Origin: Schmidtea polychroa
Taxonomy: Eukaryota
Direction: 5' to 3'
DNA: 64,000 bases
NCBI GenBank assembly: GCA_044892525.1
Contig: CM097886.1
Span: 66,464,001 to 66,528,000 of the forward strand
Shown here: piece after piece, positions 27,348 to 41,470 of the stretch
Numbering within the stretch: position 1 is the stretch's first letter
Layout of the letters: every line of letters starts with the position of its first letter
Translations under genes and position numbers: made by a program
Notes under the pieces: generated by a model
What the model was told of the DNA's origin: nothing
The model's database searches: none
The model's input: only the letters and a program-made list of their open reading frames with translations

Positions 27348-30300
27348 TGTTGGGCTAAAACGTGGAGTTTCGAAAACTGGAGCGAATAGAAAAGTAATCC
27401 TTGAAAAATAAACGAAATAAAATAAAAATATAAAGTACCATCAAATTCTCGCTAATAAATCAAAAAGGAACAATAAAATATCAATAAGAGAATAAGAATA
27501 AGTAAAACAAACTAAATAAAACCCAATAAACCCCTTGAGATTTAGAAATAAAGCGATTTAGGACCCAGCAGATGAAATAGAATAAAATAAGTAAAAAAGT
27601 GACAACAAATAAAAGAGAAATTTAAGAAATAAATAAAAAATAAAACTATCTTTAAGTCTAATTAAAACAAAAAATTATATTACAATAAAGTAGCAATAAA
27701 TCCACAGGAAAAATAGGAGGAAAATAATAAAAATAAGAAAATAAATAAAATAATAATAGGAAATAAGTTAAGTCATTAAAATCTAATATATTATAATAAA
27801 AAACATAAAAATAATAATAAATAGAAAAAATACAAACAAGTCGTGTCCTGATTGGACGAAAAATAATATATAAGGAACGGAAAATATCTGTAGATTACCA
27901 CTTTTAAAAAATTTTTCTACAGGTAAACTTCGGTTCGTTATATACTACCACTTTTAAAAAATTTTTCTACAGACTTGACAGATTTCGGAACCTTTAATTA
28001 TCCTACAGCGAACTAGTTCAGAGATTACCAAACCAAACCGAGGAAGAAATATATAGAGGCCAAACTACAAATCCATTCGGGAAAAATTTTAAATTCAACC
28101 GATTTAACTTCAGTTTTCGAAACTCAAGGTATGCCTCGACAGTTGTTTTATTTATGGTTATTAGTTTAATTTAGTTAATCATTATAAATATAATAAAACA
28201 ATTTCTTATAATAAATTTATTTAAATGAAAAGTTGCCTTTCTTCATGGTACCGACGACTGTACCATCTGAGAGCTCCCAGTATGATGTGGACGAGTTGGA
28301 ATTGCACTGCAGTAGAGGACACCACCGTGGAAAGGTTGGTATGCATAAGAAATCACGAACATGCTGAAAAGAGAATGTGATATTTGTAGAGAGTGATATT
28401 TGTCATATTAGAGATCCACCAAGGAGACGATGAGGTTTCGATCATGTAGGAGGAGCAACATCATACTCGGAGATCCAAATGATATGGTCGCCGAGTAAAT
28501 TTTATTTATGCATTTTCTATCATTCAGTTTGATTATTATATTGTTGATTTGATTGAATGGAAAAGAGTTGATTGGTCCCTCATGACGGTGCAAGGAGGTG
28601 GCAGCAATGAATGCCTTCTTGGGTGTGTCGTGAGGGGTGAAGAAACTCAGTAGGTGGAACATCCAGTTAATAAATGACCGTTCCTTCATCAAGCGCGATC
28701 GTCTGTAGAGCGTACCATCGGTTCATTTAGTTAAATCGAGATTTCCAGTAGATGTAGAGATGATTTGAATTCCGAATGCAGACAATTCAGAGCGAGATAG
28801 GCAGTGACGTTCGTACAGATTCGATGATAATCCACATAGATAGGAGGAAAATTCTTTTCGTGATATTCAGCCGGTCAATCGACGTAGTTAGGAAAGAACG
28901 GTGTCGACCATAGATTGCAAGTAAATCCAACGATTTTTCGGTGACGCTCTGCGTTTGCAAGGTTCTGTCTGATTTGTGCCGTCATGATGTTAGCGGCTAC
29001 ATCCATTGTCGATGTACTCTTACGATTTGATTGTCGTCCTTGAGTCACCAATGCCAGTGATAAAGAATCTCTCGCTGACAGGGAAGTAAACATCTTGTAG
29101 TGAAATTATCAAAATTCTTACTTCGAGCCCGCAGACAGTAGTTGTCAACGATAACGAAATCAGTTGATTTGCATTAGCCTGCGTAGAGTTAGTCGACAGG
29201 AGATATCTGATAACGTCCTGGAGAAGGAGATAACATGTTAACTTTTCTGGGAAAATGTCAAATGAATAAGCTGATAGTCATTGATCTGAATTAATATCGT
29301 AAAAGGAAATTAGATGATATTGTTGAGCTTACCCAATAATCTATGAAGTTGTCGCCCACTCAGATTGATTAATCTGATTTTTCGATTCATCTACGGCTGC
29401 TTATTTGAGGAATCTATTACGCAACCGCTAATATTCCGACTTGAGCATGCACATACACACGCACCACAGTCAAATATGCATAGGGCAGTGTAAAAGGAAA
29501 TCAACGATTTTGGTGATGTAATAGCGGCATGATGGTATAAATTTCTCTAGAATAGCGAGATAATAGGATGAAGTAAGGGGATGGATTTCCCCTACACAAC
29601 TCGATATACAATAATTTATCATAACAGCATAAACCATCATTCGCGGAGATAGCCAACATACAGTTACAGATACCACCAGGAGTAATGACACACCTACACA
29701 GTCAATCATAATGCATAATCACAAGTAAACGTTTTCCATGACGACGATTTTCGACGCGTTATTGGAATTAATTAGATGTAGATTAGAGCTGAATTTTCAA
29801 CTGATTACACGATCAATTCCATAATTTTGAACGAGATAAAAACATAAATAATCTATTCCGTCGCCGTGAATTATTTCTCTGTAATGTTAGGCAGGCCTAC
29901 CTCGACGAATTGCCATAATGATATCGGCAAAAATTCTTAATTAAAATATACTAATGGGAACAAGGTTGAAGGGGATAAAGTAAAAGACGGGTTTTACCTG
30001 GGAATGGCCCATCCGAAATTAAACTCAAAGGGCGAGGTTTGTGTAGAAAGAATTTTTGGTATACGAATCCCCGTTTCCTTTTCTTAAATTACACGAATCA
30101 GGTGAAGAGATTTGAATGTTTGCAACTGAATGACTGCGTATAGAGATGGATGAAGAAGTGTGTGGGTCATCGTTGGGTGGTATGTTTGATCAAACTCCAA
30201 AACCATGCCCAAAAATTTGATTTTTCTTCACACTGATAGAGGTTTCTTCGAGTAAATATAAACAATGATTGATTTTCTAGATGGCTACATCGTCCAACAA

Positions 30301-31586
30301 CGCCAAAGAACTTCGCCCGTGTTTTTCTTGTGCGGACAAGAACGCGGATATCGCCCAACTCCACTTATATATCGGGGCTCTCAAAAAGAGAATTGATCTC
30401 TATGAAGGAACGTGGTTCTCCCCGCCACAAATGAAAGAGGAACGCAAGAAAATTCTCCGATTAGAGCATTGCAGGGACAGCCTGCTAGAGGAAAGCCGTT
30501 GTCAGCGGCTCACCATCAAAGCACAGTCAGAAGCCCTCCATAAGGTATATACGGAGGCAGAATTGGCTAAGCGGGTGCGAGAATTCCCCCTTCTGGATGG
30601 GACGAATGTCTTTCCTCGTCACCACCCGTCTCCTACATCTTCCGGCTCGCACTGCCAGGGGCACGGCTCACAACTGCCGCCCATTCCACCCCCGGTGTTG
30701 TCATGTCACCAGCCAAAGATAGGTGGACCTACTGATCCCATCGTAGCTCCAATCTTGGTAGCACCAATCGGTACCACGAACACCGAAAAACCCCCGACTA
30801 CCCGCAAACGGAAACGGCCAACTCGAGCCGAGAAGAACCAAAAACGCCGAGATGCGATGACAGCACTCGAGACGTCCTTATCGGCGGCGAAATCAAAAAT
30901 CCAAGAGATAACGTCCTCCCATTCAATCCCCTCAAAGGAAGTCTTCCGCATTGTTCCAGCTGAGGGCATCAAATACATTGTAGATAGCCGATTACCGGTC
31001 GACATAGATGAGATACTGGCCGATGGGGATAACTTTGTTTAATGTGATGTAAAATTGAGCTTGATTTCCTCTTCATTGAGTTGTAAATTATCTCGTGAAT
31101 GTTGCTAATGTTATATCTTTTTGACTGTTGTTGATCTGTTAGTAGTAATGATATTTTTATCGTTTCAGTGTCAATAAAATTTTCTGTTTGATTTTAGTTT
31201 TGTCGAGCTTTCATATATTTGTTTGTGCAATTAGAGTAGATGAGATAATGCTGCGGAATGAAGATAATTAAGGTTGAAGGTTGTTCCTTTGGACCAGGAT
31301 CAGACCGAGTGACACGCATGTATATGGGTAAGTCCTTCTAAGGCACCGTGGGACCCGAACTGAGAAAGGGTTAGGAGTAGTCCTAAGGCAGGGGCTCACC
31401 TGCTAACCTTTTCCGACCCGTGTGAGCAGCACCAACATGGAACATCACCATGGGCTCATATGTGGGAATATGCAATCAATCATTTGGAGTATGTGTAGAA
31501 AATGTATAACGGAGCCATGATGCTTGATAGGTGTGATGGAAAGGCATGTATAATTTTTTTTTTTTTCTTCTCCACATACGCCAACA
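27348..31586 (+). repeat. 3' LTR (4,239 bp)
   Basis: Copy of 973-5214. The only differences I saw by eye are A>G at 5123/31498 and T16 versus T13 near the end. Confidence 0.97.
30281..31042 (+). CDS. Second copy of the LTR-encoded orphan protein (3' LTR)
   Basis: Identical translation to 3906-4667. Confidence 0.7.
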   Translation: MATSSNNAKELRPCFSCADKNADIAQLHLYIGALKKRIDLYEGTWFSPPQMKEERKKILRLEHCRDSLLEESRCQRLTIKAQSEALHKVYTEAELAKRVREFPLLDGTNVFPRHHPSPTSSGSHCQGHGSQLPPIPPPVLSCHQPKIGGPTDPIVAPILVAPIGTTNTEKPPTTRKRKRPTRAEKNQKRRDAMTALETSLSAAKSKIQEITSSHSIPSKEVFRIVPAEGIKYIVDSRLPVDIDEILADGDNFV

Positions 31587-31959
31587 CAGTGATTGTGGGG
31601 AGATCTTACGGGTCATCTCTAACAGGTTTCCAATACTATGTCGTCACATCGCCGGTTTTAAATCTATATACAACAACAGAAGTTGACTGGACTAAACTCC
31701 TCCATAGCTTTAAATTTGGGTGCCATTTACTTCCGGTTATTGGAACTATACATTACACGACAAGTATGAGAACAATAGTCTTCTCACCTGATTGTGTTAA
31801 ATGTCCATATGACCATATCTTTAAGTTATTTTTATTCATTTTAGTTAATTTATATTTGGGTTTTCCCTAAGATCTGGTTCCTTATTCGAACGATTCAGTC
31901 CAACATATTGCAACTTAAATAAAGTACTATTTCTAATTTTAGGAAGTTCTTTTATGAAA

Positions 31960-32850
31960 GACAATATTTTACGATTGCATTTAAAAAAGAGTTGTTACCC
32001 ATATAGAAAATGGCAATAGTTGTTACAAAGCTGCAAAGCATTTCAGTAAAACGAATGGCTGTCTATGCTATCCTTCAATGTTTTGACGATGGTACAACAA
32101 CTGAGAAGTCATTAAAATCCATCCAAATGCAATGAAAATAGTTAAAAGGGGTGGTGGAAAGGTATCACTGGATGTATTAGAAAATATGCTGTTGTCAGAA
32201 GTTCTAGAACTTCGAATAATGAAGGTAAGAGTTACCAGAATAGGAAAGACGATATGTTCTCATGTGATCAACAGGGTTTCCATCGATTAAAGTAATGGTT
32301 GCTATTTCTGTTTTGACAAATGGAAAAAGACTGACCCTTTAATTATCCACAAAGAAAAAGATTTAAGTACAATTAAAAATCAGAATAGAGTATTAATAAC
32401 ATCGCCAAGCAGATCTTGGATAACACAGGAAATCATAATCTTTGAATTGTTTTAATGTTTCCTAGATTTTATATAAGTTCAGACAAGTGTGTCGTTTTGA
32501 ATTCTTGCAAAGTAGATATTTTCATAGTGGTAAAGGAATATTATCAAAAAATGAATGGTGGTCATTCCTGGTGTATTAACATTATATTTTCAAGCAGATA
32601 TTGGAATATTTAGAGTTTAAGGATTTTGTATCTTCTCGTATTAATTTTTAGAAAAGTTCCTATAAAGTAGAATTTCCTAAAAATCGGAATCCTAAACCAC
32701 TCTACGCCTCAAAAGTCAATGCTTGTGTTAGAAATTCATGCGATGTTGTGTCATGGAAAATTCTGTCAATTTCATTAATGCGGTTGGATTTTTTTTAGAT
32801 AGCAGTAAATAGCACATTTCGAGGCATGATGTAAAACATTTTCTTTAATG
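31960..32850 (+). mobile_element. Degenerate pogo/Tigger-type (DDE_1) transposase fossil
   Basis: Fragments read IAFKK.RVVTHIENGNSCYKAAKHF (HTH), VLTNGKRLT and IPGVLTL.FQ.DIGIF (compare IPGGxTxxLQPLD), with many stops and frameshifts. Confidence 0.65.
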
Positions 32851-33936
32851 AAAAATATTTATTAACAAAATTTTCAGATTTATAGGTTTAATCAACTGAT
32901 ATTGCCGAAAAATCAGATGTATTTGAATCAGAAATCAGAATCCAAACCCTTCACTAACAGGTACCCACTTGCCAAAATAAAAATCCTTATCGACCCATTG
33001 GAAATTAAAATTTGTACATGGGGGGACGAAGTGAGTGAAGCAAACCACGGACGATTAGGGAGTCTGGGTGGAGATTCAGCCGCCAACGCTTTTCGGAGTA
33101 TTTAGATATAAGAGGAGTTCTTTTAGGCAACTTCAAAACAACAATTTTGACACCCATAGAGCAAGCAAAAAACCAAAAACAAACATTTAGAAAAAATTAC
33201 CTATGTTGTCGCAAATATTTAATTAGGTGTTTTATGAAGTGTATGGCAAAGTCGAATACACCTAATAAGATCTCGGAAGATGTCGGAATTATTATCATTG
33301 TGTTAATAATTTTCAATTTTAAATAACATTTTAATGCTAAATTATGTTGATGATCTAGGTTTAATAAATATATTTGGCGACCCATCTGGAAGGATCCCGC
33401 GACCCAAAAGTTGGGAAACGCTGAATTAGAGGATGAATTAAAGATTTAATAGATTTGTATTGCTTTTATTTAATATTTTTTATAAAACTTTCATGAAATC
33501 CAAAATGTATCCCTATTTTTGTAAAAAACATATCATCTTTACATATTTTTAGTGATCCTGGATAGTTTTTAGAGTTACTTTTCATTACTTTTCAGTCTTT
33601 CTATAATATTTTATATCCCCACTATAGTCCTAATATTTTCCTACTTATAGAAATTTAAATGTCATAAAGCGCTTGAAATATCCTAAAATTACATATAGTA
33701 AATGAACTTAAATATATATACTCTTTTTCGACATTTTACAAATTTAAAGTGTAATCGGTGTTTTCCTGTACTAAATATATAACAAAGTTTGAATTCGTAT
33801 TGTTTGAATATTATTTTTATTCAGGCAAGTCTAAATTTGTCAATTTTATCATATTCTTATTTAGTATTAATTAATTAATTATCCACATAAGTTATTCAAT
33901 CAAAAACAGCAAATTTAATAATTTACAAATAAAGTA

Positions 33937-36900
33937 TCATTCATATGGGAAACATGGTGAATTCGGATCATCTAAAACTGCTAGAAGATATATGGGGATG
34001 CAATTATAGTTTGTATTTTTGTCAGTTTTCCAACTTTCAGCTATCTTCATCAAAGTCTTAAAGACTTTTAAAGCCGAGTATCCTGATAATTGAATTTTTT
34101 CTCCTTTCAATCTATAAATTGAAGACTTTACACTGAATGTCTCATTTTTATTCTTTATTAAATCATTAATTAACTTTTCAACTTTCTCTTTTTTACCACT
34201 TGCATCCACATCTATGGAAATTGTTCTAATTATTTCAATTGTCTTTTTAGTCCAAGGCTTGTCTATTTGGTTTTTCCTAATGTATTTACTTACCAAAATG
34301 TTAACAACTATTTCAACTTTGGTCATCTTACTAATGTTAATAGAAACTGATTCTGAAACACAATCGAATTCATTTGTAATTTCAAGGTTGGGAATTGGGA
34401 GGCCATTTAAGTCATTAATAACAGGACGACCAAGAAATTCTTCTTCATCTTGGACGACGTGAAATTTTTGCTTGGCGAATTTTCCAACAGGCAACATTTT
34501 AATTAAAGAACGAACAGATGAATTTCTACTCAATTCGCATTTACTGGCCATGAGATTATCACTAAAAAGTATATTCATTTTTTTGCTGTCATTTATTAGA
34601 TTTTCTCTTTCAAATCTTTCATTCTTTTGTTCATTCATTGTGTAATAGATATTCTTTTGGTTTGATTCTCCATGAGATTTCTTATATGATTCTGGACTGT
34701 CATTATTGTAGAAATAAAATTTATGTTGTTTCTGAGACTTCTCAATATCTAAAAATAAGAATATTATAAGAATTTAATAAACATTATTTTCTGATTTTAT
34801 TCTAATGAAAAAATAAAAAATTTTTTTAAGTGATATTCAATGTCATTTCTAATGGTAGACAAGTTTCAACCTTATCAGTACCATGTAGGAAACTCAATTC
34901 CACCCTAAATGGAACTTAGCAACTTCGTGCCCAGAAACCAACCGAAAATTCGTGTTGCATATAGTTAATTTTTGATCTTTTGTCGGAATAAAAATAAATG
35001 AAACATATTTCTTAAAATTTACTATTTATTAGATGTTCAATTCTATTTATCTTGATCCACTTATGAAATTAGATGAAAATATTAGAAAATATTAGTTTTG
35101 AATAAGTTATTCTTGTTTGATGTTTCGTTATTTCATATAGTTAGAAAATCATTTTATTATCTTTTCATTTCTTTTCAGATTATTGATCTATATTTTATTT
35201 ATTGAAAATGAATTTTTAGAACATCTTTTCATAAGTATTAAAAAATGAGGATAACGGAAATTGAAAATAAAAATATTCGTAATGAAAATAATAAAATATT
35301 TGGTCAGACCGTAGTTTAGATTGTTAAAGTATTTTCATTTAGTATATTTCGTATAATAGGCTACTAAATTAAAAAGCAAAAAATCTAATCTTGTAAATAA
35401 TACCCTATATAAAATTCTATTTCAATATTAAAACAATCGTGATCGGAACTAAATTCAAATAAGCCAGATGGCAGGCGTATTTGAAGTCTTAGTTTGGTAA
35501 TGAACGAAAACGATGAATGTTTGACATGGTTTGCAAGAAAGAGACGGCTTCAGAATTCTTACGGTTCCTTTTTCCAGCGTAGCCATTTTATTACCAAACA
35601 AATTATACTTTTACTATACTTCCTGATTTACCGCAAAATTTGACAGCCCATGAAGTTAAAAACCCATTTTGGAATCGCAATTTTACAATATATTCTACAA
35701 GGGACACACATCATAAGTGACGGATGAACATCACGTAGTCAGGAATGGAATTTACGAACACTCAGTTGTAGTTCATGAAGGCAACTTTGTTCAACCGGAT
35801 GATCCTGAAATACATACTCAAAAAATAGAGAACATTTGGATGCTTGAATGCTGATTATATTAAAAAGCGTTTCATAGAAAGTTAACATTATCTTAATGTT
35901 AATGTAGTTGTCGATACAGGTCTGCTATTATTTACATTGTTTTTTCGTGTATAATAATTTAGCTACTTCTCTATACTAAAAAAGATAGAAACAATTTCAA
36001 CTACAAACACAATCATATCTTAAATAAAACTTCATTAAAGCAAGTATACAAGCATTTTTATCGACATTTAGAAACCTCAGAATATATAAAATATTGTAGC
36101 GCAAGATGGATTTAGTAATTACAGTTATAAACCAGATATCACTGAACAGTCTTTTCTATTTATACTTATAACAAGTCATATTTAACTCTGTAATACATGA
36201 TTCTTTAAATAATTGTTAAAAAGATATTGTGTATAGTTTTACTATATTTATTGAAGGGGAAAATATTTGTACATTTTACCGTACTAGCGCTTATGTAATG
36301 GAAAATGAATTGTTCCAGAGATATAACGGCATACANNNNNNNNNNNNNNNNNNNNNNNNNNNNNNNNNNNNNNNNNNNNNNNNNNNNNNNNNNNNNNNNN
36401 NNNNNNNNNNNNNNNNNNNNNNNNNNNNNNNNNNNNNNNNNNNNNNNNNNNNNNNNNNNNNNNNNNNNNNNNNNNNNNNNNNNNNNNNNNNNGTATTTCT
36501 GCAACAATATGCATTAAAGAATTAAATAATTCATTTTATAATCAATTTCCTTTTTAACTTTTCGGTTTGTGTTTAAGTTAAAGTGGTTAAAATATTAACT
36601 GAAATGCCTAATTTTTTAAATTGTGTTTTATCAAAATTTATGGTACATTTAAAATTATATATAATAATTAATATTACCTCTTTTATTTTCTTTCGATTCC
36701 CTCATCTGTGTAATATAATTCAAATAGCCAAAATCTGTTGATTCTTGCTCGGGTAAATTATTTCTGTAAACATTAGCCAAATCAACTGAATCATGATTGT
36801 TAGATGTTTCTAAATTTGGTCTTGGAAAATATTTAACATTTTTATGAGCATTTGTGAATGTTTCACTTTTCTCGTCTTTAGCAGGTACAACAGAACTAAA

Positions 36901-37254
36901 ATAAAATGATTTTGGTTTCAAGTTGGGACCAAAACTTTCTCTGCCAGATTCCTTGTGCGTAAATTTAGCATTGTCAATAAAATAATGTTTATTTCGGTTT
37001 GGAACAAAATTCTGATTTTCAAATTTATTATCATCAACTTTAACATAATCAGATGAATCATTGTTTGTTTGGTGATTTCCAAAGGTATTTGCTTTTTTTT
37101 CATAAGGTTTGACATTATTTACATTTTTTCGAACGGCAGGTAGAACAATATGATCAGAAAATGAAGAATTTGCTATTTCCTGAACTAAATTTTTTCTACC
37201 TCTTATTTCCCCATTGTTTGATAATATAAATTCTTTTTCTTGCACTACTTCCAT
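33937..37254 (-). CDS. Host gene of unknown function, minimally two exons: 37254-36678 joined to 34748-33937 (~462 aa)
   Basis: The two ORF-track segments join through a GT...AG intron in matching phase 1 (ENKR/DIEK). N-half is low complexity; C-terminal part looks globular. Extra exons in the gap cannot be excluded. Confidence 0.7.
35490..35860 (+). mobile_element. Merlin/IS1595 (ISXO2-like) transposase fossil inside an intron
   Basis: ILQGTHIISDG...HSVVVHEGNFVQPDDPEIHTQKIENIW matches the ISXO2 DDE core pattern. Confidence 0.75.
36336..36492. other. Assembly gap (N run)
   Basis: Run of N. Confidence 1.
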
Positions 37255-37748
37255 TGATTTTACGCACTTTCAATAGTTAACGCCCTAATTAATGCCGCTG
37301 AATTTCGCATGAGAATCAATAAATAAAGTTTTAATTATGACATTAAATTTTTAATGTGCATGAAATCTTTAAATTTTATATGAGCATTAATTTTCATAAA
37401 ATTATGTGTTTTCTCTTCGATTGAATATTAACAATTTATTTATTTTTATAAATATTTTAAATTTATGATATTAAATCATGCTTTAAATTTTGATTTATTT
37501 ATAAATTTATTAAAGTTTTCAAAATTCATTCATTAAAATTATTACTACATGATTTGGTTAACCAAAATTTACTGATATTTATACACATTTACTTTTGTTT
37601 ATTTAAGTTTAAATTTGAAATATTTTTAAAATTTTGAATTAAGATTTTTGTTAATTCTAAATACTATAATTAAGCAGCTTTTATAATTAACGTACTATTT
37701 TATTTTTAAAAGTAATTTATTTATAATTATTCACATATAGAATTTTAC

Positions 37749-40700
37749 ATGAATTCATCGCCATTCAATACTAACTCAACGCCTAACCAGCCAAATGTTT
37801 TTGGGACTCCAAATAATGCTTTATCACAATCTAAACCTTTCAACTTGGGTTTGAACACTCAAAATGCAGGCTTAGGATCAAGCAATTCCTCATTCACTAC
37901 AACGCAAAATGTATTGTTCGGAAATCAGCCTATTCAGCCATCTACAGGATTCTCCATACCTGGAAACTCTAATTCGTCAAGTATGTTTGGATCAACTAGT
38001 AATAATAGTTTCTCAAATAATTCTGGATTTGGAGGGTCTACTAATCCAATGTTAATCAATTCAAATATTTCGACGCCCACTGCAAATAATTCTATGTATG
38101 AAAATAAGACATTAAACCCAATGTTTAATAACCAAAATGCCTCTTCTAGCCAGAGTACTGGATTCGCAACGAATTCACCTCAAGCCGGTTTCAATATCGG
38201 GAACCAAAATACCGGTACATCTAATTTTTCCTTTGGAACAATGAGTAGTTTGACAAGTGGTACAGTCGCGCCTCAATCTTTGTTTGGATTAGATTCTACT
38301 AAGTCCACATTTGGGTCTGTTAGTGCAAATTCGACTACGATGTTCAATACCCCTTCAAATACTTTTGGTGTTTCAAATAATACCGGATTTTCACAATTAG
38401 GAAATACTTTTTCTAATCCAAGTCTTAATAATTTTTCATTTCCCAATACTAATCCTACTACTTCAACATTAACAAATTCTATAGTAAGTAAATCGGGATC
38501 ACTTTTCGGGATTGGATCATCAAGTCAGACTAGCAATGCCTTTACAATTGCTGCTCCACAGCAAATTTCAATTATAAGTTCAAATTTAAATGGTACCACA
38601 CAAAGTTCGTTTGGCTTTCAATCTGTTACACCGATACAGAGCACTAGTTCCATAGCACCAGTTGGTGGGCAAAATACATTTTCATTTGGAACGCCATCAA
38701 GTACTGGCAATCTCAATGTAACAAATGCTAGTGCACCAATTTCAAATTTCTGTGTGTCACAGACAAACTTATCTACAGGATTGTCTCTCACTCCGACCTT
38801 TAATTCTAATTCATTAATTAACAAAACGACATCATCTACCTTTTCTCTAAGTCCTAACCAGTCTACAACTTCAGTAATTTCACAGGCTAATTTCACAGTG
38901 TCAAGTTCTGGATTGGGAGGAGTTGCGTCAAGTAAACTTCAAATCAATAGTGCTTCTCCTTTAATTAGTAGTTCTGTATCGGCCAAAAAGGGCTTAGGAG
39001 GATCACCAATTTCCGATTCTTCGAAATCAATTGCTTCAAAAGATGCTGCTCACAAAATAAGGTTTTATTTGAATTTTGTTTTAAATAGATTTCTTGATTA
39101 CATTAATTATACTGAATACTTGAAAATTGCTCAATATATGCATAAAATAAAGCTCATAGTTTTTGTGTAAATTCCACAATGACTGTATTTCGTACATCAG
39201 TAATATGCGATTAGGGTCTCCGTAAAACATCTGTTTGTGGTTATCTTAATGAAAAATAGCGGCCTCGTTCGGTTTCGATTTAAGTCTTCCATCATATATA
39301 CTGTGAAGTAAGTCGATAAAATTCTTTTCTTTAAACGGCTATTGAAATAACCTAGTCTAGTTTCTAGTGTGTAAAACAATATATTAATACAAAATCTCAC
39401 TTCTGCCAGTTGCATGTGAGGTACCTGCTTCTTAGTGACCGACATTGGGGCAACCAAAGTATTGCTTTCTTCAGTACTCTATATCTATTTATTTATTGCC
39501 ATTAAAAAGGACTTTGTTAAATTTCCAGCGCGTAAATCGTTTTCTTTAACTTTGTTTCGGAAATCAATAACTAATTCTGTAGCTTTCCCTGTTTTTATTT
39601 GTCTCTTAAATTTCATAATATTTTTCACTAGCAAATTTCAAAGCATTTTTGTATTACAATTTCATTGATAATTATGATAATTCAAAGTGAAATTTACATT
39701 ATGTTGATTGATTTCTAGCATCGTTAAACAAGTCAAAGATACCGATTTGCTTCCTGAAATTAAAGAAACCGTTGAGCATTTCAAGTAGGGCTTTCAAATT
39801 GTATTTCAAAAAAAACCATATTAAAAAATTACAGGCAATTTGTTACTGAACAAAAGAAATTAAAGGAAGAAATCATTAAATCTAACGAGGTAACAAATCT
39901 AATGACAAGAGTTGAAGAAGAATCACAAATATTGCGTCAATCTATTTCCGATGTAGCAAATGGGTTACAAAAAATTCAAGTTCAGAGTAATAAATTAAAA
40001 TCAGATATATGTAAAGTAAGTTGATACGGCTCTTAATCAGTAATTCTATCATTACATTAATAGGAACAATCAAACATTAAAATCGCACAAACTAGTTCAG
40101 AAGCGTCTATTAACTTGGCTTTGGATCGCAATGAGACGTCTAGGTATGATTGGCTTATTAGTTTTATGTCGTTTGCTATTATTAATTTTTACTTTTAAAT
40201 ATTAATATTTGCTAATTGATATTTATTATATAGTTGATCTATTTAATTTATTCTCAATAATTGTGTTTTTATTTTACTGATAATTTATAAGTAGACTTAA
40301 TTTAAATTACTTTTTGCTTTGTCACAATTTTCAACTCTATAAATGACAGTAATACAGACTAGATTAATAATAACCTAAATATTCTCATTGATTGGTATTT
40401 TATGTATTTCGTTCTCATTATAATAAATCGATTTATATAATATTGTAATTAATGCTACATTTTACTGACAAATTATAAGTAAAATATTAAATTAAATTTC
40501 CTTTCGCATTTTAGATATTATTTATTTTTAATTTGAGATTAGTTGCGTTTCCGACAAATGTGATAAGGCATAAAAATTCAAAAAAATAATTCAAATATAT
40601 ATTACCTATAATGGTAAGTAGTTTAATTGAAAGTTATTTTCAACACACCGGGGGGAAAAAGTTAACTGCTTATGTTACGCATTTTAAATTTAAAGTTGTC

Positions 40701-41470
40701 TACAATCTCTATTATCAGATTGGGTTCAAAGGTTGGCCATTTAATTCAGTCCATATAGACAGCTTGTATAAAACATTTTGATGATTAATAAATATTTTTC
40801 TTAGCAATATATATGATTATAATAATATTTATATTTCAGTTATTTTGGTAACAAAGTTAGAGAACTTGAAAATCGAGCTGGTCTTTATTTACAAGAAATA
40901 GAAGTTGTAGAATCAATGTGTAATTCATCAAACAAATCTGCTTTAACAACAAGAGATTTAGTAGAAATTATACGAAGAATGGATGATGAATTTATTGGAT
41001 TAGCTGCTCAGCTCTATGTAGTTCATGAACGTGTAAAAGTAGCTAAAACAGAATATCTGCGTCGATATAAACAAGCCAATAACCATCAAAATCCATTTTT
41101 AGCCATAGAAGGCCGATTTGGAGATACATTTGAATCAATTAGTGAATTGAATGATGTCAAAAGGTCTAATTCAACAAAAAATTCTGCTTTAAAATTTAGT
41201 GATAACGTTGGCAGTTCACCATTCGACAATAATTGCTACATTAATCAATTGAATTCTTTTTCCATTCCGAAAACCGCTAATAATGTTCAAAAATCCAGCA
41301 TATTCGGAATCAACAACAACAGTTAGATAAAATAAATCTTTTGTTTTAAATTCTTGTATTTTTGTGAAATATAGATCCATCAATTAATCCATCTGCTGTT
41401 ACTGCAACTACGATTCCATTCTCGTTCTCTACAACCAATTCTTCATTTACTCTCAATAAACCGCCAACTA
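37749..41470 (+). CDS. nup58: FG-nucleoporin Nup58/p45; exons 37749-39061, 39719-39784, 39835-40015, 40064-40143, 40840-41321, 41375-41470; terminal exon not resolved
   Basis: FG/SN-rich N-terminus. Spliced coiled coil VKDTDLLPEIKETVEHFKQFVTEQK...FIGLAAQLYVVHERVKVAKTEYL and FTLNKPP tail match NUP58. All introns are GT-AG and phases are consistent. Confidence 0.9.

Larger units (their letters stand above)
973..31586 (+). mobile_element. Full-length giant (30,614 bp) Ty3/gypsy LTR retroelement / endogenous metavirus, Burro-like, carrying an env gene and multiple captured genes
   Basis: Two ~4.24-kb direct repeats bounded by TGTTGG...CCAACA; 4-bp TSD CAGT at 969-972 and 31587-31590; PBS just after the 5' LTR; gag followed by PR-RT-RH-IN in gypsy order. 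Confidence 0.97.

Noticed and set aside
27341-31594. AGTGATT occurs just before and one base after the 3' LTR, hinting at an independent solo-LTR insertion
   Set aside because: It is not flush with the CA end. The CAGT TSD around the whole element and the PBS support a normal full-length provirus.
899-31870. Reconstructed empty site (899-972 + 31591-31870) gives an open + frame of ~117 codons
   Set aside because: No start codon, flanked by stops, no recognisable homology; I cannot claim a disrupted gene.
33370-33423. hAT-MITE-like end (CGCGACCC...GTTGGGAAACGCTG) and a similar start at ~62273
   Set aside because: Too short and unpaired to define an element.
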